From Callorhinchus milii (taxonomy: Eukaryota): a stretch of 64,000 nucleotides of DNA. Under the pieces are notes generated by a model, which searched no databases, was not told the DNA's origin, and saw only the letters and a program-made list of their open reading frames with translations. A program made the position numbers and the translations under genes. The stretch lies in the NCBI RefSeq assembly GCF_018977255.1, contig NW_024704742.1, positions 8,682,001 through 8,746,000 on the forward strand. The letters are read 5' to 3'. Shown here piece after piece: positions 1 to 13,730 of the stretch. The stretch's first letter is position 1, and each line of letters starts with the position of its first letter.

Positions 1-754
1 AACAATATCTATAGTAGCTTAACACTGTAGGCTAAATATCACCATTAAGATAGAACAGTACCAAACATGATACAAAATATTAATCTATACTTTTCAGCAG
101 GAGTTATATTGTCACTGCAGTAAAGATGGGACCTCACAGTGTAAATAATACTCTCTGATTAGAAAGTAAACTGGAACATTACTTTCAGGTATCTCAAAGC
201 AACAGGGCAAGATGATAGGACAGTGTCATGGTGTGAAGGGCATGTTCCAACAGGTATCCAGACACCAACAAGTATCTTCAAGGAGGAGAAATAATGACTA
301 GAATCAATTATCAGGAAGGTGATTGAGGCCAGGAAATGGATTCATTTAAGAAATAGCTTGTTGCGGTGATGGGAAATGTTTGGGTAGGTTTTCAGGAAAG
401 ATGAGATCAACCGTGTCAATCTCCTGGGCAGCTTCCCTCCTCTGTGTAAATCACTGAAGCTCACACTCTCAATCACTGGAGTACTGATGTCCAGTAATAC
501 AGCTCCAAACTACTTCCCTATTGGTCACATCCTGGATCCTATGCCCACCTGCATTCCCTGCCCCGTCCCCCCCATGCCCCACAGTTCCCTGCCTTGTGCC
601 ACTACATTCCCCACCCAGTACCTTTCTCCTTTCCTTACTGTGTGCCACTCCACATGACACCTGCCACTCTGCATTGCACTCACAATGAGGATCAGTTCAT
701 GTTTCAGGCCAATGATGTGTGAACGCTCCTGAGATATAATTGTATTTATAACAG

Positions 755-1508
755 GGACTCATATGAATTGGATAATAAAGCCGAGGACTTACAAAGTTTT
801 CCAAAGAAGTTCCCTGACTGGAAAGCAAGGATGAATCAACATGTGATATTACTCCAAGAGATCGCAAATAATATTGACGAGTGTCACAAAGGTGCCACCA
901 TTGCCAATATTACAGGGTCTTCTGTAGGTGTTGTTGGAGGGGCTCTAACTATTGGAGGTCTAATTGCTGCCCCTTTCACATTGGGTACATCATTGATACT
1001 CACGGGTGTGGGAGTTGGGGTGGGTGTAGCTGGTGGTCTCACTAACATCACAGCTAGTGCAGTGGATTCTGCTTCACAATCCAATAAACAAAAAAGAGTT
1101 AATGAAATCATGGAAAAGTATAAAAAGGACAGTGAGGAAATGGCAGATTGCTTCAATAAATTCCGCAATGCAGTTGATTTCTATGAGAATTGCAGTGACA
1201 AATTGGAAAAAGAAGCTTTCATTGGTGTGGCTGAGGTCTTTGCAAAAAGCTTGGGTGTTTTTCCTGCAGTTGCTTCAGCCGTGACCAAACAGTCCTTAAG
1301 AACATTCAAGGCGGTTTCTGGCGTTCTGTCAGGACTCTTTGTTGCGTGGGATATCTACTCTATCACAGTGGATTCCATTGACCTCAGCAAAGGAGCCGAG
1401 ACAGAAATGGCTAAACAGATACGAGATGTGGCTCGAAAGATAAAGGATGAGGTAATGAAGTATGAAGAGGTTTATGAAGCTTTAAGTCAAACTGTAAAGC
1501 AAATCTAG
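755..1508 (+). CDS. APOL: Apolipoprotein L-like protein, copy 1, terminal coding exon (upstream exons lie outside the window)
   Basis: Open frame with APOL hallmarks: LQEIANNIDECHKGATIANITGSSVGVVGGALTIGGLIAAPFTLGTSL, then LFVAWDIYSI...DLSKGAETEMAKQIR. The acceptor ttgtatttataacag|G at 754/755 is phase 2, so the ORF-track TTG start is not the real start. Family-level call only. Confidence 0.9.
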
Positions 1509-1972
1509 CCCAATGTGCAGGACTCGTGGCTAACTTTGACTTCAGTGCCTGTCACAAACCCCATTTGGGCAGATTGTTAGTGGATTGTATTCTTGTTGTT
1601 TATGAACCTGCCCATCTTTAAACAATATATTAAATTGGTTACTCTTTCTGTGATCTATTTCATGTATTTATTTCCAATTCTATTGACTGTTCAGTCTAAC
1701 CTGATTGGATTGCCTATGTCTTGCATGTAATGCATGTCAGCTTGGCTCAGTTGGTAAAACTATCTGAGTCTGAAGGCTTGTAGGCACCGTTGAAGAGGAA
1801 GATCTTCAGGCGCGCTCTGAAGATGAGGAAGAAAGGGGCAAAGGGGAGGGATAGACGAGTGTGTTCCAGAGCTTCACAGCCCAGTGTCTGAAAGCACAGC
1901 TGGAACAGAGCACAAGTGGGACAGGCAGGAGGCTGGAGCGAGTCAAGCAGAGGCAGTGGGTAGTGGATTGGC

Positions 1973-2092
1973 GAGTAGGCAGCTCGGAGAGTAGGCAGCT
2001 CGGAGAGTAGGCAGCTCGGAGAGTAGGCAGCTCGGAGAGTAGGCAGCTCGGAGAGTAGGCAGCTCGGAGAGTGAGTAAGCAGCTCGGAGAGT
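1973..2092. repeat. 16-bp minisatellite (GAGTAGGCAGCTCGGA) x7
   Basis: Six perfect copies and one variant copy are directly visible. Confidence 0.95.
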
Positions 2093-2789
2093 AAGGAGGC
2101 CAGAGAGGTTGGAAGGTTGGCAGTATATATTCATGCTGTAGTCTACCCTGCACTCCAATATAAAGACTGATGATTCTGAGCGACAGCTGCCTCTCCTGTA
2201 CTAGCGGATTCTGTGCTGCTCTGATTCCCCAGATGGTGCCATGGTGACAGCTCTCACCTCAACCTGTTGCACTTCTCTATTCTGAGGGGCATCTCCACAG
2301 GCATCTCCTACACCTGGGCCTGAGCTCCCATTCATGTGTGATCCAGAGAGTGAGGGGCAGGAGATGCCATGACCCTGGGGGTGGGGGTGGGTGGGGCATT
2401 GAACAGCTCAATCCAATCCTCACCTAAAGTTCACACACACTCTCACAGCTTCCAGAGTGGGTGTCAGGATTATATGTCAGCCTGGCTTACAGTAGCAATC
2501 TTGCCTACGAGTCACAAGGTTATGGGTTCAATCCATAGGTCAGGAATTTAGAAATCACACAGTCTAGACCGTGGGGTCCAAACGTTTGCCGAGGGTCAGA
2601 TGCTCTATTTGAGAAATGACCATGGACCACACAAGCAACATTTTTGAGCTTCCCTCCTGAAACATAACAACATTTACACAGCACCTTTTTCACATCAGGA
2701 ATACATCTCAAATGGCTTGACGCTGTTATGTTCTCACCACTCAGTGTGTAGAAACCCTTTATTTTCAGCTCAATGTTTTTAACAAATAT

Positions 2790-4500
2790 ATATTTATTTG
2801 GTATGTAAAAAATATATTAAGTTTTCCTCATCATAATAATAAAAACACACCCATGATAGAACAAAGAAAACATTCGCAAACCAAAAACATTTGAAACCCG
2901 TGACAAAGTGCAAACGGTCCCTTCCTTTTGCTCCCCAAGCAATTACACACACAATACATTCCTTTGCCTCGTGTAAAAAAAAATCCATAATCGGAAAAAA
3001 CACATCTACGCCAAAATCAATATAGTGCCCCTTGTGTCAGCCAGTACTGTCTCCCACTCTCCTCAAGCGGAGGGACCAGGGTCTCCTCACTCCTCTATTC
3101 TGCCGCCTTTACTTACAGGGAGCAGTTAGACTTTGGGCTATTCCCAGCTCTGCCTTCCTTCACTGAACAAAGGCAGTTCAAAATTCCCAATCCACTGCTC
3201 CCCCCTTTATGGGGAAGGATCCCATCACATCTTGGAACACTCTCTGGTTACAGGTTGAGTGTCTTTCTCTACAATCCTTCCCTGAGCACAGGTTCCCTGT
3301 CCTGTGGGTAGTTGGCACTGATGCGCACACCCATCATGGAGCTGCCCAAGCCTCGGTCAGTCCCCATCTGGCCTTAACCTCTGCCAAACCCAGCTTCAGC
3401 GCATCCCTCGTGACATACTCCCTGACTCTCACCTGCACAAGGTCTGTAGCAGGTGTTGAAGAATACAGACATGTGATGCATTGAGATATATGTAACGGAT
3501 TGGATAATCAATGCCAACTAACTATGCAAAGAAGGGATTGAAAAGAGAATAAGGCGATTGGTCAGTGAATGTGATTGGATAAGTTAATGATGGAGTGAAA
3601 TGTACGAGCTTGGGCACATGCGCAAGCTGTGAAAGAAATAAAGAAGTGAGTCGGAATGCTGGCTATAAAAGAAGGAAAAGAAGAGTAGGGTGCAGTCCAA
3701 AATGGAGCAAGGAGAATCAGCAGAAGACAGAGGAAAACACATGAAAAGCTGATGAAAGCACAAATAACAAGGAACCTTGATGGAAGATTGAAAGTATGAT
3801 TAACTAAAGGAATTGTGTACCATTTTCTGGACTCATGGTGATATTGTTTATTGCTGTTGATAATATTCCACTTAACATAAACACACATCAATTGAATTGT
3901 TGTTGAATAAACTTGGTTTAACAGACTTTACCTAAAAGGAATGCTGAGTGTATTTATTTATATCTAACACAGGCCTTGACCAACACCTCTCCATGCCTGA
4001 AGACCATCCGGTTTTGGCAGTCCCAAAGGGCTTCCTTCACCGAGTTGATGACCCTCCAGGCACATTCGATATCGGTCTCTCTGTGTGTTGCTGGGAAGAG
4101 GCCGCACAGCACAAGGTGCTGTGACAGCAGAATTCCTGGGACGAAACACACATCTCCATGAGGGCAGACAGAAAATCCCTCGAGGCTGTGCTGTTGATAG
4201 TACAGGTCAGCATTAAAGGACCTTGTGATCCTCTGCAGCCGTCCTGTTCTGCACACTCCGAGCCGTTCCTGTTCTTCAATTCAGAGATCACAGAGTTGCC
4301 TCTGTTCACTTTCTGGAAAAGAAACTCAAACACTTCTCGTCCTCCTCTATTGTGCGAATTCTGGAGCAAAAAATCACCTTGGAGACCTCAGAGCCCAGGA
4401 ACGAGGCTTGCAGGCCTCTCACCTCCTCGAGTTCTTCCCTAACCTCTTCAACTTGCTGTTGCTGGACTGGGCTGGAGTCTGGAGTCCGGCCTTGTGAAGT
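2790..4500 (-). mobile_element. Tx1/L1-clade LINE 3' fragment, internally deleted and interrupted by a solo LTR
   Basis: Minus-strand peptide LCGLFPATHRETDIECAWRVINSVKEALWDCQNRMVF...RDALKLG...KARWG matches a Tx1-type ORF2 C-terminus. It is similar to 23020-23260 and 25050-25390. Confidence 0.8.
3454..3969 (+). mobile_element. Solo LTR (516 bp)
   Basis: TGTT...AACA termini, a perfect 4-bp target-site duplication CAGG (3450-3453 and 3970-3973), TATAAAA at ~3665 and AATAAA at ~3906. The flanking LINE sequence is contiguous once the insert is removed. Confidence 0.85.
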
Positions 4501-4539
4501 GACCCCACTGCTGCTTGTGAGCGTGTCCGTGTCGGTCGC

Positions 4540-5120
4540 TCTCTCCTCTGTCTGTATGTGTATGTTTCTGTTTGTTAATTTGTGTGTGTTTGTTTGTCTA
4601 TTTCTCTCTGTCTATCAGTATCTGTGTGTGTGTTGGTCTTTGTTTCTAGGTGTGTGTCTCTGTGTGTGTATCTCTCTCTGGGTATGTGTGTTTCTTTCTA
4701 GTTGTGTGTGTCTCTGTGTGTGTGTATCTTTCTCTTTCTAATTGTGTGTGTGTGTGTCATTCTCTCTCTCTGGATGTGTGTCTCTCAAGGTGTGTGTATC
4801 TCTCTCTCTCTGGGTTTGTGTGTCTCTCTCTGGATGTGTGTGTCTGTATCTGCGTGTGTGTCTCTCTAGCTGCATGTGTCTTTTTCGGGTTTGAGTTTCT
4901 CTCTGGGTGTGTGCGTCTCTGGGTGTGTGTGTGTCTCTCTCTGGGTGTGGTGTCTGTATCTGTGTGTGTCTCTCCCTTTCTGTGTGTCTCTGTGTGTGGC
5001 TACATCTATGTTTGTGTATGTGTCTGTATGTGTGTAAATCTGTGTTTGTGTGTCTCTCATGTTGTCTGCGTCTTTCTCGGAGGGGGATCAGGGAGGTATC
5101 TCTCTCTGTCTGTGGGTGTT
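4540..5120. repeat. Degenerate compound (GT)n/(CT)n microsatellite
   Basis: Directly visible low-complexity tract. Confidence 0.9.
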
Positions 5121-5339
5121 GAAGACTTATTGCCCATGAAAAGTAGGAATAACAACAACAATTTACATTTGAATAGCGCCCTTCATGTCAGAAAGATGAG
5201 CCAGGGTGCTGGTCCGTCAGGGGTTTTCGACCCACTCTGAGAGTTGGGGTTAAAAATGAAGGAGAGGAGGGTAGGCGTGGTTCTAGTTGGAGCTGAATTA
5301 ACTCCAAGGTGACATATTTGGCAACGTACTCCTCATCTC

Positions 5340-5745
5340 TAGTCTAGTTCCTGAGCCAGCTAGGTCCAGAGCACTGTTGATGAAAGCAGAGCCCATCCCA
5401 GCCTGGCTCATCAGCATCACTTGGAAGGCCAGACCAGTCACTATGGCAGGGATTCTTCCCATTAAGCTCCTGTGAACCCTGCAAGACAAACCCCAATGAG
5501 TAGGCTAGTTCTAGCTGGACAAGCAGCGGAAAAGTTTATCATACAATGGCAAACTGCAGTTTTATCTAGTTAGACTGCAGCAGTTATACAAATGCACATT
5601 CTAGTGTCTCAAAGCCTGGGCATCCCCTCAACAGTATGCATTCATCCAAGGACAGAGTGTACATTCTATCCTAATAATCAACTTTGTGATTTCAATGCGT
5701 AGGTGGGATGAAAGGAATTCTCAGTTTGGTTTGGATACTCTAAAT
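5340..5745 (+). mobile_element. 3' fragment of the unclassified non-LTR retrotransposon family also seen at 37850-39400 and 46710-47640
   Basis: Shared blocks ccagagcactg..gatga, gcctggctcatc, ctggacaagcagc..aaag and ctcagtttggttt. Confidence 0.65.
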
Positions 5746-7682
5746 AATAATAACCCTTGCATTTGATATTCAATACAATACAAAATTACGTTCGTATAGT
5801 GCCTTTCACGTCAGGAGGATGTACCAAGGTGCTGGACAGTCAGTGATTTGGACCCGAGCAGGGATTCGGGATCGGGGAAGGTGGAGGGCAAGGAAGGTAG
5901 TAGACTGAAGCTACGGTCTAAGAGGAAGATCATCAGATGTGCCTTGAAGGAGGCAAGGGAGGAAGCGAGGTGAAGGGAATGTGGAATAGAATTCTAAAGG
6001 ATGGGGACAGAAAGGCTGAAGGCATGACCGCCGATGGTGGAGGGGGTCTGGCGGGGCACGTTGAGCAGGCCACAGCCTGCTGAGTGGATGGAGCGGACAG
6101 GTATGGGGTCAGAAGATCACTGAGGTAGGAAGGAGCAAGAGCTCTGAAGGTGAGGATGAGGATTTTGAACTCTGTGATATGGGCTTAGAAAAATGGCAAA
6201 AAAATCTTTAGGAGGGTAAAGAGAGAACATGAAAAATGACAATTGAACAATATTAAATGATACATTTTTAAAGATGCTTATTAATGTACTAGAAGTAAAA
6301 GGAAACCTCAGGAGGGGGCTGGCCACCCAGGGACAGAAGTGGTAAATAGGTTGTGGATAAGGTGAAGATGGCGGAGCTGTCTCAGTGTTTGTGTCTCAGT
6401 TTTCACTGAGGAGAGGGGTATTCCCAAAATAGAGCACAGAGGGGAATGAGGAACAGCCACTTGTGATAAATATTAAAGAAAACTTTATTTAAAAAAAAGT
6501 TAGGGAATTAAAAATTGATGAATCACAGGATTCATCCCGGTTTGTAGAGCGAAACCAGAGAGGAGATTGTGCAGACTTTTGGTAATTTTTAAGCATTTTC
6601 AGTCTGGTCGGTTGGAGGGTGAGAGACGATTGCAGGGTGGCAGAGGATTAGAGAGTGGTAGAGGTGGCGCCTCCGGATAAGAAGGGGCCAGGGATAAGCC
6701 AGGGCTCTACAGGCCAGTGATCCTGATGTCAGTTTTGGGTAAATGTTTTGAGGTGGTAACAACATTAACAACAAAATTACATTTGTAAAGCACCTTCCAT
6801 ATCGGGAGGATGTCCCAAGGTGTTAAACAGTTAAGGAACAGGACCAAAGCGTGGGGGGAACAGGGTTGGGGTGAGGGAGGGCAGAGAGGTAGGAGGATGG
6901 CTGAAGGTACCATTGAAAAGGACGATCTTGAGCTGTGCCTTGAAGGAGGCAAGGGAGGGAGCGAGGCAAAGGGTTTGTGGGATGGAATTCCAAAGGCAGG
7001 GGCAGAGAGGCTGAAAGCCCGGCTGCCAAGAGTAGGGCAGGTCGGGCGGGGGACATGGAACAGGCCGGAGCCGCTAAACGGAAGGAGCGGACAAGTTGAC
7101 AGCAAGTTAGCAGATCAGAGAGGTAAGAGGGGGCAAGTCATTGGATTGCCTTGAAAGGGAGGATGAGGAATAAGGGAATAGATTAGCGATTACTTAGATA
7201 GACATGAGTTAACTTGAGACAGTCAGCATAGATTTGTGAATGGCAGATTGCATTTGACCAATTTCTAGAATACTTTGATGTAATGAGTGCAAACGTAGAT
7301 AAATGCATTGTCTTGAGATGTCCTACCAAGTGAAAGGCGCTATACAAATGTGATTTGTTGTTGTTGTGTATTTGGATTGTCAAAAGGCATTTGATAAGGT
7401 CCTATATGGGAGATGGGTGGAAAGCTCAGGGCGCACAAATAGAGGGAATTGTGTGGTTTGGAATAGAAAGGTGGTTAAAAGACAGCAAGCAGAGAGAGTG
7501 AGAATAAAAGGATGTTTCCTGGTTGGTGGCAGGTAATTAATGGGGCGCCAATTTCTTTCACTTTTACGTTAACTGCACAATCAGCCTTGGGTCTCAGGAA
7601 TACAAAAATAAAGCAGGTGGAACAGGAAAAAGGTGGGGCAATAAATGAAGGTGTGACCACTGATATTCTCATAAATGTTTGA

Positions 7683-8000
7683 CTAAGCAATAATTTGAGA
7701 TGTTATTGGTGATTTAGAATCGGGGTTAGTGCAGCCTTGATTACTGTGACACCATTTATGTTGCTTTTTCTTATTACCATGGCCAGCTACCTGGTACATT
7801 GATGAGCAGGCTTTATCAATTATGAGATACGGTCCAATATATCGAGCGGAGATTGGTCCCTTTGGATTGTATAACTGGATCATAACTGATTGACCCGTCC
7901 CACTCAACTGGTGAGGCATTTCTATTAAAATGCATGGCACTGACTTGTTTAGGTTGAATGATATTAGCTGTTGTGAACAAATTAACCTCTTATTGTTCAT
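7683..8000 (-). mobile_element. LTR-retroelement integrase C-terminal (GPY/F) fragment, copy 1
   Basis: VMIQLYNPKGPISARYIGPYLIIDKACSSMYQV...KWCHSN. Confidence 0.65.
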
Positions 8001-8607
8001 GAGTCAAAGTATTAATTTCTGGATCCGACATATGTGTAATAATAATAATAATCTTTGCATTTGATATAGTGCTTTTCACATCTTCTAGACGTCTCAAAGG
8101 CTTCACAGAATAGACTGCAAAGTGAATTGACTGTATATATTTGTGGCAGCCAACTGCACACAGCAGTGTCCCACAGACAGTCGTGGATTGAAAATGACCG
8201 ATTTATTATTGTTTCTTTTTTCTTGATGATTATTATCAGGCGTGAACCACAACAACAACTTGCATTTATATAGTGCCCTTCAATGCGGGGCAGTGCCCTA
8301 GAGCACTCGCAAGTGAGTGACCTGGGTTCAATTCCTGGCAGGCCGAAACCTTGGGCAAATTTCTTTACACTGCACGCCTGATAATTAAAAATTCCTGAAG
8401 AAACGAAAACAAAAGAAAACTATAATAAATTGGCCACTTCAATCCACGACTGTTTGTGGAACACTGCTGTGTGCAATTGGCTGTCATGTTTTACCAACGA
8501 ATATACAGTCAATTCACTGTACAGTATATTCGGTGAGAACTTTGAGATGTCTAGAAAACATGATAAGGCGCTATATCGAATGTAAGGATTATTGTTATTA
8601 TTATTAA

Positions 8608-10070
8608 ATCAGTGTCCTCAGGTTACCGACCCGCCAGACAGTGGAAATAGTTTCTCCCTGTTCACCCTATCAAATCCCTCATAATTTTGAAAACCTCTAT
8701 TAAGTCTCCTCTTAATCTTCTCTGCTCCAAGCAGAATAGTAATAATAATAAAAAGAACAAAAAGCCTAGCTTCCCTAGCTTTTCCTCATAACTGAAGTCC
8801 CTCATTCCTGGTACAATCCTGGAACCATCCCAATGCCTTGACATCCTTCCTGAAGAGTACGACCCAGAACTGAACACAGTCTCTAACTGAGGCCTAACCA
8901 ATGTTTTATAAAGGTTCATCATAACTTCCTGACTGTTGTATTCTGTGCCCCTATTTATAAGCCTAATATTCCGTATGCTTTTTTACCAGCTTTATCGACC
9001 TGTCCTGCCACCTTCAAAGATTTAATCATATGAAGCTCCAGATCTCTCTGTTTCTACACTCCCTTTAAGATTGTACCATCAGCTTATATGGCCTCTCCTC
9101 ATTCTTCCTCCCAAAATACATCACTTTGCATTTCTCCACATCATACTTCATCTGCCACATGTCTGCCTATTTTACCAGTCTGTCTATGTCCTCTTGCAGT
9201 CTGATACTATCCTCCTCACCATTTACGATTTTTGCTCGCTTAGCATCATCTGCAAACTTGGAAATTGTACTCCTTATACCCAAGTCCAGTCATTTGTATA
9301 GATCAAAAAGCACAGTGGTCCCAATAGTGACCCCTGGGGGACACCACTGCACACTTCCCTCCGGACAGAAAAGTAATCGTTCGCCAAATCTCTGCTTTCT
9401 GTCTCCCAGCCTGTCCTGTATCCATGCTGACACTGTCCCTTTAATACTGTGGGCTTCTATTTTACTTACAAGTCTCGGCAGCACTTAATCAAATGCCTTT
9501 GAAAATCCATATAAACTACATCGACCACACTACCTTCATCCACAATTTGCCTTTAACAAATCCATGTTGGCTGTCCTTTATTAATCCATATTTTTCTAAG
9601 TGAAAATTTATTTTGCCCCAGATTATAGGCTCTAGAAGTTTCCCCACCACTGACGTTAGGCTGACTGGCCTTTTGTTCCTGGGTTTATCCTTCTGGCCCG
9701 TTTTATACAGGGGAGCAACATTTGCAACCCTCCAGTTCCCTGGTACCACCCCGGTGTCCAAGTAGGAGTCAAAGATTGTGGCAGAGCCTCTGCTATTTCC
9801 ACCCTTACTTCCCTCAGTAACCTAGGATGCATCCCGTCTGGACCAGGTGAGCACCGTAAACCTTTTTAGTACCTCCTCTCGGTTTATTCTTATCTAATTT
9901 CTCTATCCTCTCCTCTGATACTGTGGCATTGGCTGCACACTCTTCTTTTGTGAAGACAGATGCAAAGTACTCATTCAGTACATGAGCCATGCCCTCTACA
10001 AGATTTCCTCTTTGTTCCCTATTTGGACCCATCCCACCTTTGACTAACTTTTTAATCTTTATATGCTTAT
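8608..10070 (-). mobile_element. CR1 LINE ORF2 (reverse transcriptase) fragment, decayed
   Basis: WRVANVAPLYK...RPVSLTSVVGKLLE...SQHGFVKG and LYKTLVRPQLE...LEQRRLRGDLIEVFKIM, with frameshifts. Confidence 0.9.
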
Positions 10071-11307
10071 AAAACAACAAAATTACATTTGTAAAGCACC
10101 TTCTGTGTTGGGAGGATGTCTCAAGGTGCTGAACAGTTAGGGATCAGAACCCGAGCATGGGTGTAGCAGGTTAGAGTGAGGAAGGGCAGAGAGGTAGGAG
10201 AGCAGCTGAAGGCACCGTTGAAAAGGAGTATCTTGAGCCATGCCTTGAAGTAGGCAAGAGAGGGAGAAAGCCAAACGGATTGTGGGGTGGATTTCCAAAG
10301 GGTGGGCAGAGAGGCTGAAAGCCCGTCTGCCAATAGTCGGGCAGGTCGGGCGGGAGAGATGGAACAGGCCGGAGCCCGCTCAATGGAGGGAGTGGACAAG
10401 TTGATAGCGAGTTAGCAGATCAGAGAGGTAGAAGGGAGAAAGTGAGGATAAGGAATAAGTGACCATGTTAGTGAATACTTAGATAGACATGAGTTAATTA
10501 GGGACTGTCAGCATGGATTTGTGCAAGGTAGATTGTGTTTGACAAATTTCTGAAATTCTTTGACGCAATCACTGCAAATGAAGATAAAGTCAGTGCGTTG
10601 AGAAGTCCTACCCAGTGAGAGGCGCCATACAAATGTAATTTGTTGTTCTTATTGTGCATTTGGATTGCCAAAATGCATTTGTTAAGGTCCCACATGGGAG
10701 ACTGGTGGGGAAACTCAGGGCTCACATATAGAGGGAAATGTGGTGGTTTGGGATAGAAAGGTGGTTAAAAGACAGCAAGCAGAGAGTGAGAATGAAAGGA
10801 TATTTCCTGGTTGGTGGCAGGTAATTAATGGGGCACGACAGGGGTCTGTACTGAACACTCTCCTTTGTTCCCTATATATTAATGACCTTGACTTAGATAA
10901 AGAGGAATCAAACTTGAGGGGAGAGGTGGAGGCAGAGGCAGGTAATGTTTCAGAGGTGAGTGAAACCTAAATGGATCAGAACACGGAAATGGGTTTTAAC
11001 AGACAGTAGGAGACAAACAAGACACTGAGGTTCTGCACTGGCTCCGCAAAGTGGAGTGTGCATCAATGTAGATTGATGTTTCAGTCCTTTAAGTGTAAAG
11101 ATGCTGATAAGCGGGAGAGTCTCTGTCTTCCTAACATTTAGCTCAAGAATATTAGAGCTCAATAGTCCAACAATTTCTTTCACTTTCACATTTACTGCAC
11201 ACAATCAGCCTTGGGTCTCAGGAATACAAAACCAAAAGCAGGTGGAACAGGAAAACAATGGGGCAATAAATGAAGGTGTGATCACTGATATTCTGGTAAA
11301 TGTTTGA

Positions 11308-11637
11308 CTAAGCAATAATTTGAGAGGTTGTTGGTTTAGAATTGGGGTCAATGCGGCCTTTAACAAGTTTCAGTTTATTACTGTGACACCATTTATGTTG
11401 CTTTTTCTTATTACCATGGCCAGCTACCTGGTACATTGATGAGCAGGTTTTATCAATTATGAGATACGGTCCAATATATCGGGTGGAGATTGGTCCCTTT
11501 GGATCGTATACCTTGATCATAACTGATTGACCCGTCCCACTCAACTGGTGAGGCATTTCTATTAAAATGCATGGCACTGACTTGTTTAGGTTGAATGATA
11601 TTAGCTGCTGTGAACAAATGAACCTCTTATTGTTCAT
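11308..11637 (-). mobile_element. LTR-retroelement integrase C-terminal fragment, copy 2
   Basis: RYIGPYLIIDK...KWCHSNKLK. Confidence 0.65.
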
Positions 11638-12248
11638 GAGTCAAAGTATTCATTTCTGGATCCGACATATGTGTAATAATAATAATAATAATCTTTGCAT
11701 TTGATATAGTGCTTTTCACATCTTCTAGACGTCTCAAAGGCTTCACAGAATAGACTGCAAAGTGAATTGACTGTATATATTTGTGGCAGCCAACTGCACA
11801 CAGCAGTGTCCCACAGACAGTCGTGGATTGAAAATGACCGATTTATTATTGTTTCTTTTTTCTTGATGATTATTATCAGGCGTGAACCACAACAACAACT
11901 TGCATTTATATAGTGCCCTTCAATGCGGGGCAGTGCCCTAGAGCACTCGCAAGCGAGTGACCTGGGTTCAATTCCTGGCAGGGCGAAACCTTGGGCAAAT
12001 TTCTTTACACTGCACGCCTGATAATTAAAAATTCCTGAAGAAACGAAAACTAAAAAAAACAATAATAAATTGGTCACTTCAATCCACGACTGTTTGTGGA
12101 ACACTGCTGTGTGCAATTGGCTGTCAATTTTTACCAACGAATATACAGTCAATTCACTGTACAGTATATTCGGTGAGAACTTTGAGATGTCTAGAAGACA
12201 TGATAAGGCGCTATATCGAATGTAAGGATTATTGTTATTAATATTAAA

Positions 12249-13730
12249 TCAGTGTCCTCGGGTTACCGACCCGCCAGACAGTGGAAATAGTTTCTCCCTG
12301 TTCACCCTATCAAATCCCCTCATAATTTTGAAAACCTCTATTAAGTCTCCTCTTAATCTTCTCTGCTCCAAGCAGAATAGTAATAATAATAAAAAGAACA
12401 AAAAGCCTAGCTTCCCTAGCTTTTCCTCATAACTGAAGTCCCTCATTCCTGGTACAATCCTGGAACCATCCCAATGCCTTGACATCCTTCCTGAAGAGTA
12501 CGACCCAGAACTGAACACAGTCTCTAACTGAGGGCTAACCAATGTTTTATAAAGGTTCATCATAACTTCCTGACTTTTGTATTCTGTGCCCCTATTTGTA
12601 AGCCTATTATCCCGTATGCTTTTTTAACAGCTTTATCGACCTGTCCTGCCACCTTCAAAGATTTAATCATATGAAGCTCCAGATCTCTCTGTTTCTACAC
12701 CCCCTTTAAGATTGTACCATCAGCTTATATGGCCTCTCCTTATTCTTCCTCCCAAAATACATCACTTTGCATTTCTCCACATCATACTTCATCTGCCACA
12801 TGTCTGCCTATTTTACCAGTCTGTCTATGTCCTCTTGCAGTCTGATACTATCCTCCTCACCATTTACGATTTTTGCTCGCTTAGCATCATCTGCAAACTT
12901 GGAAATTGTACTCCTTATACCCAAGTCCAGTCATTTGTGTAGATCAAAAAGCACAGTGGTCCCAATAGTGACCCCTGGGGGACACCACTGCACACTTCCC
13001 TCCGGACAGAAAAGTAATCGTTCGCCAAATCTCTGCTTTCTGTCTCCCAGCCTGTCCTGTATCCATGCTGACACTGTCCCTTTAATACTGTGGGCTTCTA
13101 TTTTACTTACAAGTCTCTGCAGCACTTAATCAAATGCCTTTGAAAATCCATATAAAAACTACATCGACCACACTACCTTCATCCACAATTTGCCTTTAAC
13201 CAATCCATGTTGGCTGTCCTTTATTAATCCATATTTTTCTAAGTGAAAATTTATTTTGCCCCAGATTATAGGCTCTAGAAGTTTCCCCACCACTGACGTT
13301 AGGCTGACTGGCCTTTTGTTCCTGGGTTTATCCTTCTGGCCCGTTTTATACAGGGGAGCAACATTTGCAACCCTCCAGTTCCCTGGTACCACCCCGGTGT
13401 CCAAGTAGGAGTCAAAGATTGTGGCAGAGCCTCTGCTATTTCCACCCTTACTTCCCTCAGTAACCTAGGATGCATCCCGTCTGGACCAGGTGATTTATCT
13501 ACCTTGAGCACCGTAAACCTTTTTAGTACCTCCTCTCGGTTTATTCTTATCTAATTTCTCTATCCTCTCCTCTGATACTGTGGCATTGGCTGCACACTCT
13601 TCTTTTGTGAAGACAGATGCAAAGTACTCATTCAGTACATGAGCCATGCCCTCTACAAGATTTCCTCTTTGTTCCCTATTTGGACCCATCCCACCTTTGA
13701 CTAACTTTTTAATCTTTATATGCTTATAAA
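12249..13730 (-). mobile_element. CR1 LINE ORF2 fragment (duplicate of 8608-10070)
   Basis: Same motifs plus KSPGPDGMHPRLLREV. Confidence 0.9.

Noticed and set aside
4650..5240. 196-aa Cys/Val-rich ORF
   Set aside because: Translation of a microsatellite.
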